Virus record (IMG/VR): IMGVR_UViG_2778261064_000025 | Strand: one strand, 5' to 3' | Source of the DNA: a virus | Lineage: Duplodnaviria; Heunggongvirae; Uroviricota; Caudoviricetes | DNA length: 18,722 nucleotides | In this document: piece after piece, positions 7,751 to 15,607 of the stretch | Numbering within the stretch: position 1 is the stretch's first letter | Layout: every line of letters begins with the position of its first letter | Translations under genes and position numbers: made by a program | Notes under the pieces: generated by a model | Databases searched by the model: none | Told to the model about the DNA's origin: nothing | Seen by the model: the letters and a program-made list of their open reading frames with translations, nothing else

Positions 7751-8427
7751 TAGAATCCAAGCCCCCCAACAAGACCAATAAGCCCACCACCAATAGCGCC
7801 GGCCGCAGTTCCTATTCCAGGAACAACGGAACCAAGTTGCGCACCCGCTAAAGCGCCTGATGCTGCCCCACCAATACCACGCGCAAGACTGGATGGCTGC
7901 TGCGCCTGACCTGCACGAATAGCGCCAAGCCCCTGCAAGAGTTGTCCGGTATTATTGGCGTAGTTTTGCCCTGCCGTTGCCTGCCCTGATGCCGCATTCA
8001 TCCCGACATTTAGCAGGTTTCCATAATTTTGCATTTGCCCACTAAGCCAATTGTTATAAAGCATGGGCGCAATGGAAGATAACTGGTTACTGGTAGCTGT
8101 TGAGCCAAGCCCCCCGGTAGCTTCTGCTGAGACAAGGTTCTGATAACGGGCCTGATCTGCCTGTGTTTTATATAAACCAGAACCAAAGAAATCATTCGCG
8201 GCTTTATTCTGCCCTTCCAGAGTCATCAGTCCTTGTAGTTGTTGTAAAGCAGGCAATCCGACTTCTGCATACGGCTTGAGATTATTCATCACCGTATTCC
8301 ACTGCTCGCGCTGCAAATCAATTGCCTGCTGCTGGGCCTTCGCCTGAGCTTTAGAGGCACCACCATCACCGCCTTTTTCGTATACGGCACGATTGAGATG
8401 TTTATGAGCTATATGGGTAATTAACAT
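7750..8427 (-). CDS. Putative DNA-ejection protein, P22 gp7-like (225 aa)
   Basis: ORF track. N-terminal ...NRAVYEKGGDGGASKAQAKAQ resembles the P22 gp7 leader region (...PEKGGKGG...) as I recall it. C-terminal Gly-rich hydrophobic tail GIGTAAGAIGGGLIGLVGGLGF. 225 aa compared with 229 aa for gp7. Confidence 0.55.
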   Translation of the reverse strand: MLITHIAHKHLNRAVYEKGGDGGASKAQAKAQQQAIDLQREQWNTVMNNLKPYAEVGLPALQQLQGLMTLEGQNKAANDFFGSGLYKTQADQARYQNLVSAEATGGLGSTATSNQLSSIAPMLYNNWLSGQMQNYGNLLNVGMNAASGQATAGQNYANNTGQLLQGLGAIRAGQAQQPSSLARGIGGAASGALAGAQLGSVVPGIGTAAGAIGGGLIGLVGGLGF

Positions 8428-8882
8428 TCGCTGAATTCCTTATATTGTTGCCGAGTTAACTGATAAAGCGTTACGCCGACGGGTTTACCACATCTGATAT
8501 AAGCATCATCAAGGTGACCAACACGGGTAGCGCCAAGCAAACGGATAATTGCCCGTCCGTATTTCGTGGTGTCAGGAACCATAGTGATGCTGTTAAGGAA
8601 TGGTGAGTTTTCGAGAAGCCATTTGCAGAATAATCGATGTCCTTGCAGTGCATATTCACCACGGAATCCGGGGTCGTACACCGCATGGCATTCAACAACG
8701 CTATGCCAGAAGTTACGCACTTCATGAACGCCAGCCAGCACTAATCCTTCGTAGATGCCGAGATATACCGCATCAGGCTTGATGTAGTACGTGTGCCCCG
8801 GCTCAACAATATTTTCGGTATTGCCTGGCTCGTTAAGAAAGGCCTGTAATCGCACAGGGTTATCAATAAATTTTAGTTCCAT
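8421..8882 (-). CDS. Hypothetical protein (153 aa), position and size consistent with P22 gp14-like / DUF2824-type protein
   Basis: ORF track. First large gene of the operon; its stop overlaps the start of the next gene (ATGTTAA). Family assignment is from memory only. Confidence 0.45.
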   Translation of the reverse strand: MELKFIDNPVRLQAFLNEPGNTENIVEPGHTYYIKPDAVYLGIYEGLVLAGVHEVRNFWHSVVECHAVYDPGFRGEYALQGHRLFCKWLLENSPFLNSITMVPDTTKYGRAIIRLLGATRVGHLDDAYIRCGKPVGVTLYQLTRQQYKEFSEC

Positions 8883-8898
8883 GCGATGCCATCCATTT

Positions 8899-9060
8899 TC
8901 ACATACAGCCTGCCAGCGCCTTATCTATTAACCCTCGTGCAATTTCATGCAGAGTTGGCGCTACTCCAATTCCTGATTTTTTACGCTGCTCTTCCTGAAT
9001 TTTCTTTATCGCTTCCATTTGCTTCTCACTTATCAATACCGGCTTTACTGAAATAGCCAT
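8899..9060 (-). CDS. Small ORF (53 aa) MAISVKPVLISEKQMEAIKKIQEEQRKKSGIGVAPTLHEIARGLIDKALAGCM, possible small DNA-binding protein
   Basis: Hand-translated; below the 60-aa cutoff of the ORF track. ATG at 9058-9060 on the minus strand, preceded by GGGGG (plus-strand CCCCC 9065-9069). Ends 16 nt before the 153-aa gene. Confidence 0.45.
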   Translation of the reverse strand: MAISVKPVLISEKQMEAIKKIQEEQRKKSGIGVAPTLHEIARGLIDKALAGCM

Positions 9061-9073
9061 AACGCCCCCTTAG

Positions 9074-9099
9074 AACTGTATAAAACAACAGTTATTATA
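9074..9099 (-). promoter_or_regulatory. LexA-box-like CTGT-ATAAAACA-ACAG (9076-9091) immediately downstream of a perfect minus-strand -10 TATAAT (9094-9099)
   Basis: Read from the sequence. Matches the CTGT-N8-ACAG SOS-box pattern with an AT-rich spacer. The -35 is weak (TGAATA-like), so the promoter call is tentative. Confidence 0.4.
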
Positions 9100-9155
9100 G
9101 TTTCACAAATCGCAATATTCATCATCGTAATTGCAAAATATGAAACAAATAGCAC

Positions 9156-9187
9156 AAAAAAATGCCACCGCTCAGTAGCTGGTGGCA
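9156..9187 (-). terminator. Rho-independent terminator on the minus strand (stem TGCCACC/GGTGGCA with inner GCT/AGC pairs, followed by a 7-nt U-run)
   Basis: Plus-strand 9156-9187 reads AAAAAAA-TGCCACC-GCTCAGTAGCT-GGTGGCA. On the minus strand this is a hairpin followed by TTTTTTT. Lies downstream of the primase gene and iteron array, upstream of the 9094-9099 promoter. Confidence 0.55.
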
Positions 9188-9508
9188 TCGTTCTGTGTGT
9201 CAGGTTTTGACAGGTTTTTTATGGACTCTAAAAACTATATTTATGGTGTCGCATTACTCTTCACGGCAGGCGCTTTTCAGTTCTGCCCTTGCTTCTGGCT
9301 CCATTGGTAATTTGATTCGCGATCAGCTATGCGGATGGTTTGCTGAACAGGCATAACAACTTCTCAGAGGCTGTTTTCTGAACTACGAAAATTTCGTAGT
9401 GCTCACTTTCAAAAACGTCACGCCCTTGTACACAGGATTTTACGAAAGTCTCGTAAAACACTCTCTGATGCCAGCCAGGTGTTGTGCGCATCAATTCAGT
9501 CACATTGT

Positions 9509-9619
9509 GTTGGTTCAAAATACCGTGTTGTTGGTTCAGTGTTGGTTCAATAAAAAGAATAAAATCCTTATAAAACAATACTCTTTACAAATTGAACCAA
9601 CTGAACCAACTGAACCAAC
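9509..9619. repeat. Iteron array R: GTTGGTTCA at 9509, 9530, 9541 plus TGAACCAAC x3 in tandem (9593-9619); mirror image of array L
   Basis: Counted directly in the sequence. Immediately downstream of the primase-helicase stop (9645). Confidence 0.75.
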
Positions 9620-9644
9620 ACCTTTTCTACGCACATGAAGAAGC

Positions 9645-12404
9645 TCATTCTTCAGATGAGTTATAATCTCCTGGCTGGTAATTGAGTACATAAACGTTTA
9701 TTTGTCGTCCCTGAATACGTGGTGATTTTCTTTGGTATCCACGACCGCTGTTTGGTGGGGTTAGCATCCCGGCTTTTTTCAACACTTCAGCAAACTGTTT
9801 TGCGTTGAAACCACATGCGATCTCCTTTTCAAATGTGGCCGGGAATGTGTAGAAAATCATTGGGCTTTCGTCATGTTCTCCACGCTGACGGTATCCGGCT
9901 AAATCTTTGATGGGCAAATCTGCCGGGCTGTATGGAAATGGTGCAAAACGGCTAAGCCCATAGGCATTAAGAAATGCCTCCGTTTGTTCAATAATCTGCT
10001 GATGCTCTTTGTTACCTGTGCCGAACTCGCGCAACCATGCGTTATAGCTGTGCTGTATCGCATCACGGCATGTCTGAGCATCCCAGCCTGTTACAACCTC
10101 GCCTAACAACAATGCGGCCTCCAGAATGGCAAATCGCGCGGCTACACGGTGAACCTGCTCACCATAATCGGATGGGATCAGGCTTCTCCATCTGCTTTCG
10201 CAGTCGCGAACGGTTTTAATAGCCTGTTGCTGGTGGTCTGCCAGCCATTTAATCCACTCACGCCCGGACGCGCCGTGGTGATGCTGGTAAGCGTCTTTCA
10301 GTGCGTCTGCGTGCTGTTTTCCGTTCTGGTAATCGTGAAAGCGTACTGCTTTACTCAACGGAATATTCAGCAGTCGCACCAGTTGCCCGGCTTTGGTTTT
10401 TCGCCCGGAAGTAGCGATAAATGTTTCTAAATCCATTTCTCCGGTGCTGATTGCCACTGTACGCCAGCGTTTTAGATCCCGGTTTCCACCATCTTTAGCG
10501 CCTTGCAGTTTCCCTACACCGTTAAATAACGCATAGGCAGACTGTGAAACGCTGACAGGATCAGCGCCCTGACCAACTTCATCAAGCGGCATTAGTCCGT
10601 CATTGTGGGCGGCGGCCTCATTTGCCAGCCCCAGCGCGGTTCCGTACCACGTCAGCCGCAGTAAATCAGGGTTGCCGTATAAGCTGCTCGCCACGTTTGC
10701 CGTGGTGGTCTTACCTGCGCTCGACTGCTCATAGAAATGAATGCCGAACCCGTCAGCGCCCACCAGCCCAATCAATGGCGCTGCCAGTGCTGCGCCGATC
10801 CCGGTCATCATTGAATAGTTACCAAAGGCCAGACGCGCCACGTTATCACGCCAGCTTTTCGCGCTCCCTGAGACGGTATATCCGGCTGCGGCTGAGCTTC
10901 TCCCGCTGAACAGCACAGGATTTTCAGGTGTTCCGATGATTTCCCCATCAGGCATGATGTACGCTCCGCATTGCCAGCCAGTGGCATGAGCAACACGCCA
11001 CAATTCACGAGAGCCACTGCGTTGTAGCCAGTCTGCCAGTATTGCTCTGAGGCTGCTTTTGGTCGTGACATTTACCCCACCAGCTTTAAGTGTGCGCCAT
11101 CCTTCACGTTCACCAATATCAGCCAGTGGAATGGCAGCGGTTGTCGGCGTTTCAGAACCAAACGACAGCCAGCGAAGAATGAGATACTGGTCTTTATCGT
11201 CTCTGCCAGTACCGATAACGCTTAACGGAGAACATAACCAGCTTTCGTTATTGATGATTTCTCCACTCTGGCTGTCAGCTCTCGGAGATACCCAATAAAT
11301 ACCATCCTCGCGGCTTTCTATTCTTGGTTTCAGTGGGTCGGTATCCATAACCTTAAAATCGCTTCCCTCAATGGTCTGTGGCTCCTGTTTCACGCCATTA
11401 CCCTGTGGTTGGTACATTGACTTATTGAACGCTTCTGTGGCGCATTTAATGCCGTGTTTTTGGTGGTAATCATTCCAGTCTGCTTTGTGATCTGTCGGGG
11501 GTAATGCCACCCATCCAGAAACAGATAAAGCTGCTTTTTCTGCTGCTATTCTCCCCGTGTTTTGTCTTCCTTCGCTGTGGTCGTTATCCGCAGCAATGAT
11601 GATTTGTGCTGAAGGAAATTTATCCCGCAGTACCTGGGCGACATATAACAGGTTCCCGGCATCAATCGCCGCCACTGTCAGCGCCTCTGGACGAATTAAA
11701 TGGGCAGATAATGCCGTTGCCAGCCCTTCTGCGATTAAGATGCTCTGTGTTGTTTCTGGTGCGTTTATGGCGTGATATGCCCCCCGCTTTGCTGAACCTG
11801 TCAGGAGTCTTTTTTCACCATGTGAGGTAATAGTCTGTGCTGCTGTGACTGCGCCGGATTTATCCACCAGCGCCAGCAACAGAGATCCATCGGGCAACAC
11901 GGGGAATGTAAAATCACCTACCCCTTTCGCAACCAGATAATCAGATTTGCCGTTTACAGCCTTTCTGCGCATGTCATCAAACTGACGGGAAAACGTATCC
12001 CGTCTTTGTTGTTCGTCCTTCTCTGCCCTTTTCAGGCGCTCCTGTTCGCGTCGCTGGCGCTCGGTTTCCAGTTGTTCCCGTTTCTGGCTGGTGGCTTCTG
12101 GTGTTTCCGTTGTCCGGTAATCAATACCCAGAACATCAGCGGCAAGAAGCGCCGCCTCTGTTGTGTCGCAGTTATTTACGCGTTTAATTAAATCCAGCCC
12201 ATCACCAGCGCCGCACTGATTACAGATGAAGCTACCGCGCCCGTTGTCATCGAACCGGAATCGATCTTTGCCCCCACATGCAGGGCAGGGAGCATGACGG
12301 CGCGGAGAGTCAGGGACATTTATGTTCAGGCAGCCCAGCACATGAGGCCAGTTGTTTTCAGACGCACTGATAACCTGACGGATAAGATCAATGTTTCGCA
12401 TCAC
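9645..12404 (-). CDS. Primase-helicase, P4 alpha-like (zinc-binding primase N-terminus + TOPRIM + P-loop NTPase), 919 aa
   Basis: ORF track. N-terminal CPACGG...FICNQCGAG zinc-finger pairs, TOPRIM-like ILIAEGLATALS ... IIIAADNDHSEG, Walker-A-like SSAGKTT in the C-terminal half. Domain order typical of P4 alpha / D5-type island primases. Confidence 0.85.
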   Translation of the reverse strand: MMRNIDLIRQVISASENNWPHVLGCLNINVPDSPRRHAPCPACGGKDRFRFDDNGRGSFICNQCGAGDGLDLIKRVNNCDTTEAALLAADVLGIDYRTTETPEATSQKREQLETERQRREQERLKRAEKDEQQRRDTFSRQFDDMRRKAVNGKSDYLVAKGVGDFTFPVLPDGSLLLALVDKSGAVTAAQTITSHGEKRLLTGSAKRGAYHAINAPETTQSILIAEGLATALSAHLIRPEALTVAAIDAGNLLYVAQVLRDKFPSAQIIIAADNDHSEGRQNTGRIAAEKAALSVSGWVALPPTDHKADWNDYHQKHGIKCATEAFNKSMYQPQGNGVKQEPQTIEGSDFKVMDTDPLKPRIESREDGIYWVSPRADSQSGEIINNESWLCSPLSVIGTGRDDKDQYLILRWLSFGSETPTTAAIPLADIGEREGWRTLKAGGVNVTTKSSLRAILADWLQRSGSRELWRVAHATGWQCGAYIMPDGEIIGTPENPVLFSGRSSAAAGYTVSGSAKSWRDNVARLAFGNYSMMTGIGAALAAPLIGLVGADGFGIHFYEQSSAGKTTTANVASSLYGNPDLLRLTWYGTALGLANEAAAHNDGLMPLDEVGQGADPVSVSQSAYALFNGVGKLQGAKDGGNRDLKRWRTVAISTGEMDLETFIATSGRKTKAGQLVRLLNIPLSKAVRFHDYQNGKQHADALKDAYQHHHGASGREWIKWLADHQQQAIKTVRDCESRWRSLIPSDYGEQVHRVAARFAILEAALLLGEVVTGWDAQTCRDAIQHSYNAWLREFGTGNKEHQQIIEQTEAFLNAYGLSRFAPFPYSPADLPIKDLAGYRQRGEHDESPMIFYTFPATFEKEIACGFNAKQFAEVLKKAGMLTPPNSGRGYQRKSPRIQGRQINVYVLNYQPGDYNSSEE

Positions 12405-12759
12405 CGTACCCCACGTGGTCTATAGCGTTTGCGATATGGCTAACCAGCATCTGCCACTTGGTTATTCCGTAATCAGTCAGCATGCCATCATTGTTTAGCC
12501 ACATATCAAATTCAGCGGTTGTCGCAAGTTTCCACTTATCGCCGTGGACAGTCCTCATTGCTGGGTACATGAATGCGCAAATCAGATCACAAACATCTGA
12601 CGGCTTCAGAGATGTAGTAATGGTGCGTCCCTCTGGCGTCTGAATTGCCATTTTCTCTTCACCAGTAGAATGAAGGTTATGAATCCACACAGCACCAGCA
12701 ATCTTTGCCACCTGCTCTCCGATTGCGGAGCTAAGCGCCATTTCTGCATTTTCACGCAT
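12388..12759 (-). CDS. Hypothetical protein (123 aa)
   Basis: ORF track. ATG at 12757-12759 preceded by GGGAGG. 8-nt overlap with the upstream gene's stop; its own stop overlaps the primase start. Confidence 0.55.
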   Translation of the reverse strand: MRENAEMALSSAIGEQVAKIAGAVWIHNLHSTGEEKMAIQTPEGRTITTSLKPSDVCDLICAFMYPAMRTVHGDKWKLATTAEFDMWLNNDGMLTDYGITKWQMLVSHIANAIDHVGYGDAKH

Positions 12760-13093
12760 GAGAACCTCCCGCTACAGTTGCGCCCATGTCATTAACCATG
12801 CTTTGCCATATCTCACGCCCGACGTCAGTCAATCCGTCCTTAGTGACGCAACGCTCAAGAAGCTCGATCCCCACGGTTTCCCACTGCGGGTAGAACACTT
12901 TCATGGCTGCCAGTGTGTAGCTATCGATCAGGCTGCGAACGCCTTTTACTCCATTGACGATTTCCACACGTACGGCCTCGCCGTCCGCATCAACCATGAA
13001 ATAGTCCCCGCCGCTGGTGGAGGTAATGTGGTTATACAGTGCCGACGCATACTTATTTGCCAGCGCATTCAGTCGGAAATTTTTAGTAATCAT
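12752..13093 (-). CDS. Hypothetical protein (113 aa)
   Basis: ORF track. ATG at 13091-13093 with an upstream GAGG/GGAG; packed in the overlapping small-gene operon. Confidence 0.55.
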   Translation of the reverse strand: MITKNFRLNALANKYASALYNHITSTSGGDYFMVDADGEAVRVEIVNGVKGVRSLIDSYTLAAMKVFYPQWETVGIELLERCVTKDGLTDVGREIWQSMVNDMGATVAGGSHA

Positions 13094-13103
13094 GGCTCCA
13101 TCC

Positions 13104-13706
13104 TCAGTGCGTCACTGGTTCCGCTGGCATGCCGTTTTCATTCAGTTCAGCTATAAAGCTGTTGTGAAGTTCAGCAAGCGTTTCACGACCAAATGGAGTC
13201 AGTGCTCCTTGTTCCACATCCATCATGGCTCTGTAGAAAATGATGGCGCGTTCTGTGCCAGACTCGATGCCAAAACGTTCTATCATCGCGCCCTCAATGT
13301 TGTTTGCCATAGCGAGGCGCTCTGCTACTGGATACAGCGGCATGGCGACGATGCCGTTGGAATAAACAGCCACTTCGGAAGGATTGCCAGTATCATCAAT
13401 GATGCTGACAGTGCCGTTTTCCTCTCTCATTTCCAGCATGAATACTGTTGCGATCAGCCATCTCCACATAATGACGTTATGCTGTGATGTGTAATCGAAA
13501 TATCCCTGGTTGCCGCCATCGGCTATAGCGAGATGTATTGACATGCCTTCATCTGGTTTATCGTCATAATCCCCGGCATCCAGACGATTTACGGCATCAA
13601 TATATGAGACGGTCTCAACGCGTTCTGTCATGCCATCGTTGCTGCGGTGCATGATGTTTACGCCGTCAGGCGTTGCTTCTGCATGGAAAGTTAAGAAATT
13701 ATTCAT
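13104..13706 (-). CDS. Hypothetical protein (~200 aa from ATG 13704-13706; ORF track extends to 13811)
   Basis: The internal ATG at 13704-13706 is preceded by AGGCGAGG and overlaps the upstream gene's stop by 8 nt, matching the coupling pattern of its neighbours. The longer 235-aa reading is possible. Confidence 0.5.
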   Translation of the reverse strand: MNNFLTFHAEATPDGVNIMHRSNDGMTERVETVSYIDAVNRLDAGDYDDKPDEGMSIHLAIADGGNQGYFDYTSQHNVIMWRWLIATVFMLEMREENGTVSIIDDTGNPSEVAVYSNGIVAMPLYPVAERLAMANNIEGAMIERFGIESGTERAIIFYRAMMDVEQGALTPFGRETLAELHNSFIAELNENGMPAEPVTH

Positions 13707-13920
13707 GTTTCGCCTCGCCTGAATGATTCTGTAACTCATATTTGCCCAACAATTCGTCTGCTTCCTGAATAGCTTCTGGTACGCCATTGAGCAGTGACAT
13801 AACCGCGCCAATCATTAACTTGTCTCTGTTGCTGGGGCTGGCCCCTTCAAGCCAGAACCCTAAAACAGTCTGAACCTGTTCGATGCGACATTGCGCTTCA
13901 ATGAGCTGGATGTTGGTCAT
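13699..13920 (-). CDS. Hypothetical small protein (73 aa)
   Basis: ORF track. ATGA start/stop overlap with the upstream gene at 13917-13920. Confidence 0.5.
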   Translation of the reverse strand: MTNIQLIEAQCRIEQVQTVLGFWLEGASPSNRDKLMIGAVMSLLNGVPEAIQEADELLGKYELQNHSGEAKHE

Positions 13921-14180
13921 TTCGCACTCTCCGCATCGATTAAACTGATATCTATCAGAGAGGTAACTTTTTGTAGCCAGCTAGTGATTACTGTCGCCTG
14001 TTCCCCTCCCACCGATGGAAGAATCTCATTCATCACATGAACCAGACCTGTGCGCGCTCTGGTAAGCCGTTCAGTCGTGCGATCTGCAAGAGTGAATGTG
14101 TCTGGATATGGCTCTTCACGGCTCAGCAATGATTCAATTTCCAGCTCACACGGATGACGATAAATTAAGTTGATATTCAT
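13917..14180 (-). CDS. Hypothetical small protein (87 aa)
   Basis: ORF track. ATG at 14178-14180 preceded by GGGGG; ATGA overlap with the upstream gene. Confidence 0.55.
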   Translation of the reverse strand: MNINLIYRHPCELEIESLLSREEPYPDTFTLADRTTERLTRARTGLVHVMNEILPSVGGEQATVITSWLQKVTSLIDISLIDAESAK

Positions 14181-14371
14181 TTTTCACCCCCAAGAATTAC
14201 CAGCTCTGCACGGGCATCGTTAACCAAAGATGAGTACGCTTTAATCGCATCCACGACATCAGTAGCGTCCATTTCTTCAGCCGAAAGACTGACAGCAACC
14301 AGGACAGCCGCTGCTTGCTCGATTAATTGAAGTGCGGACGTAAGGCGAGGGGTATTAATTGAGTTATTCAT
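14177..14371 (-). CDS. Hypothetical small protein (64 aa)
   Basis: ORF track. ATG at 14369-14371 preceded by GGGGG; 8-nt overlap with the upstream ORF's stop. Confidence 0.55.
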   Translation of the reverse strand: MNNSINTPRLTSALQLIEQAAAVLVAVSLSAEEMDATDVVDAIKAYSSLVNDARAELVILGGEK

Positions 14372-15431
14372 TGGTTTCCCCCGTTTTTACTGGCATTTCG
14401 CCACCTTCCAGCAGGAAATGAACGTCACGAACGGCGAGATCCAATATCGCGAGTAACGCCTTCAGTCTTTCGTCTCGTGAGGGAGAGTTGCTCACCAGAA
14501 TGTCGTTAATCACTTCTGTCAGTGTGATGATCTGGCTTGTGCGTTCGAGGGGATCCATATGCACATCGTAGGTTTTAATCATGTGCCACCTCCATGCGGA
14601 TACGACCAGCAAAAAAGCAGACGTGATCGCGCACCAGAGAACGGCGAGCATCGCGTTCAGACTCGGCAGCAATATGATGAATTTTGGCGGTAATTGTCGG
14701 GCAATCGCGGCGAACTGCGGCGATAATCCAGATAAATTGCGGTTTTTGGGTAGGGGTAGTAGCCAGCATGTGGCAGCCTCCATTCGATAGCATGTAACGC
14801 TACCACCGGAAACGCCAATTTCGCTGGTGGTAGCCCAGACAGGGTTGGCGTAACCGGCTCGAATGGATACCGGCGCTTCCGAAGAAGCCCCTGCCTGAGC
14901 CACCATTGATTGACAAAGGCGCTGGATTATACACCAACGCCCAAAAAATGGGTGAGTCAGACCTACGACATAAAAAAAGACGCTCGGCGCGTCATATGTC
15001 GCCATTCGATTTACCAGGACGCCAATCCCGGCACCCGTTTTATGAGGTGCCTTATAACCATAAACCGTGTTGCCGCATAACGGCAAGCTCTTTTTTATGG
15101 ACTCCGAAAACTCACTATTGGAAGAACCAGAAGCACAGTACATCGCGCTCATTTCGTTAACGTCACGCGCGTGGACGAAGGTTTTTGTGGAGTCACTACG
15201 CGAGCAGAGAAAGCCATCTACGACCAGAAATTCTCTGGCGCAGCCGCTGACCTTCTCAACGCTAACACCATCGACCGTAATTTCTGACATAGTTAAGGCA
15301 TCCGCTCCTACCACCAGCAAATGATAAACTTTGCTTGTATCTGCTGTATTAATGCCTGACTTTGCTGTCATATTGCTGGATTTTGGCGACATACCAGCCA
15401 GTGAAAATGTCTTCTTCTGGGCGGTTAGCAT
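14364..15431 (-). CDS. Long ORF (355 codons), hypothetical; may instead be two genes, with a separate 72-aa product starting at ATG 14580-14582
   Basis: Continuous stop-free frame of 1068 nt. Start at 15429-15431 preceded by GGAGG and overlapping the DUF4222-like stop (ATGCTAA). A second in-frame ATG at 14580-14582 has its own GGAGG 6-7 nt upstream. The middle section translates to unconvincing sequence. Confidence 0.35.
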   Translation of the reverse strand: MLTAQKKTFSLAGMSPKSSNMTAKSGINTADTSKVYHLLVVGADALTMSEITVDGVSVEKVSGCAREFLVVDGFLCSRSDSTKTFVHARDVNEMSAMYCASGSSNSEFSESIKKSLPLCGNTVYGYKAPHKTGAGIGVLVNRMATYDAPSVFFYVVGLTHPFFGRWCIIQRLCQSMVAQAGASSEAPVSIRAGYANPVWATTSEIGVSGGSVTCYRMEAATCWLLPLPKNRNLSGLSPQFAAIARQLPPKFIILLPSLNAMLAVLWCAITSAFLLVVSAWRWHMIKTYDVHMDPLERTSQIITLTEVINDILVSNSPSRDERLKALLAILDLAVRDVHFLLEGGEMPVKTGETNE

Positions 15432-15607
15432 TTGTTAACCTCCGCGAACTCCTTCATGAAACGTGCCAGCGGTTGTACGCATGGCGATTGATACCCGTCG
15501 CGATAAAACGTCACTCGGTTGTGAGACACGCTTTCGACAGTAACGAGTGCTCCGTGGGCATCTTTGTAGCGTTTTTGAGGTTGTGGTGTTCCTGTCGGCT
15601 TAAACAT
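15425..15607 (-). CDS. Small conserved prophage protein, DUF4222-like (60 aa from ATG 15605-15607; ORF track extends to 15694)
   Basis: ATG at 15605-15607 immediately follows the upstream stop (15600-15602) and is preceded by GGAGG. Sequence MFKPTGTPQPQKRYKDAHGALVTVESVSHNRVTFYRDGYQSPCVQPLARF fits my recollection of the DUF4222 pattern. Confidence 0.5.
   Translation of the reverse strand: MFKPTGTPQPQKRYKDAHGALVTVESVSHNRVTFYRDGYQSPCVQPLARFMKEFAEVNKC

Noticed and set aside
4261-8782. Nine small internal or antisense ORFs inside the four large operon genes (4261..4479, 5437..5778, 6714..6926, 7096..7347, 7208..7621, 7360..7611, 8010..8195, 8471..8725, 8600..8782)
   Set aside because: Embedded in or antisense to long, translationally coupled genes; typical spurious frames.
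1049-9619. Possibility that the GGTTCA repeat clusters are a CRISPR array
   Set aside because: Units are 9 bp, some directly abutting and some at 11-21-bp spacing, in two mirrored clusters. There are no 28-37-bp repeats with unique spacers and no cas genes.
9162-9638. ORFs 9162..9356 (+), 9327..9578 (-), 9399..9638 (+) between the terminator and the primase
   Set aside because: The region is occupied by a terminator hairpin and the iteron array. The ORFs overlap each other and translate the repeats; likely non-coding origin or regulatory DNA.
9899-12191. Multiple 60-95-aa ORFs on both strands inside the primase gene
   Set aside because: Internal to a 919-aa gene with clear domain motifs.
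12758-13487. Plus-strand ORFs 12758..13156 and 13017..13487
   Set aside because: Antisense to the coupled minus-strand small-gene operon, which has consistent RBS and overlap signals.
14797-14836. 40-nt stem-loop with 9-bp perfect arms
   Set aside because: Falls inside a stop-free coding frame and has no U-run, so not called as a terminator or RNA gene. Noted under the long-ORF finding.
14575-15324. ORFs 14575..14793 (-), 14581..14790 (+), 14906..15160 (+), 15067..15324 (+)
   Set aside because: Overlap the long minus-strand frame and lack start context. Kept only as part of the uncertainty around 14364..15431.
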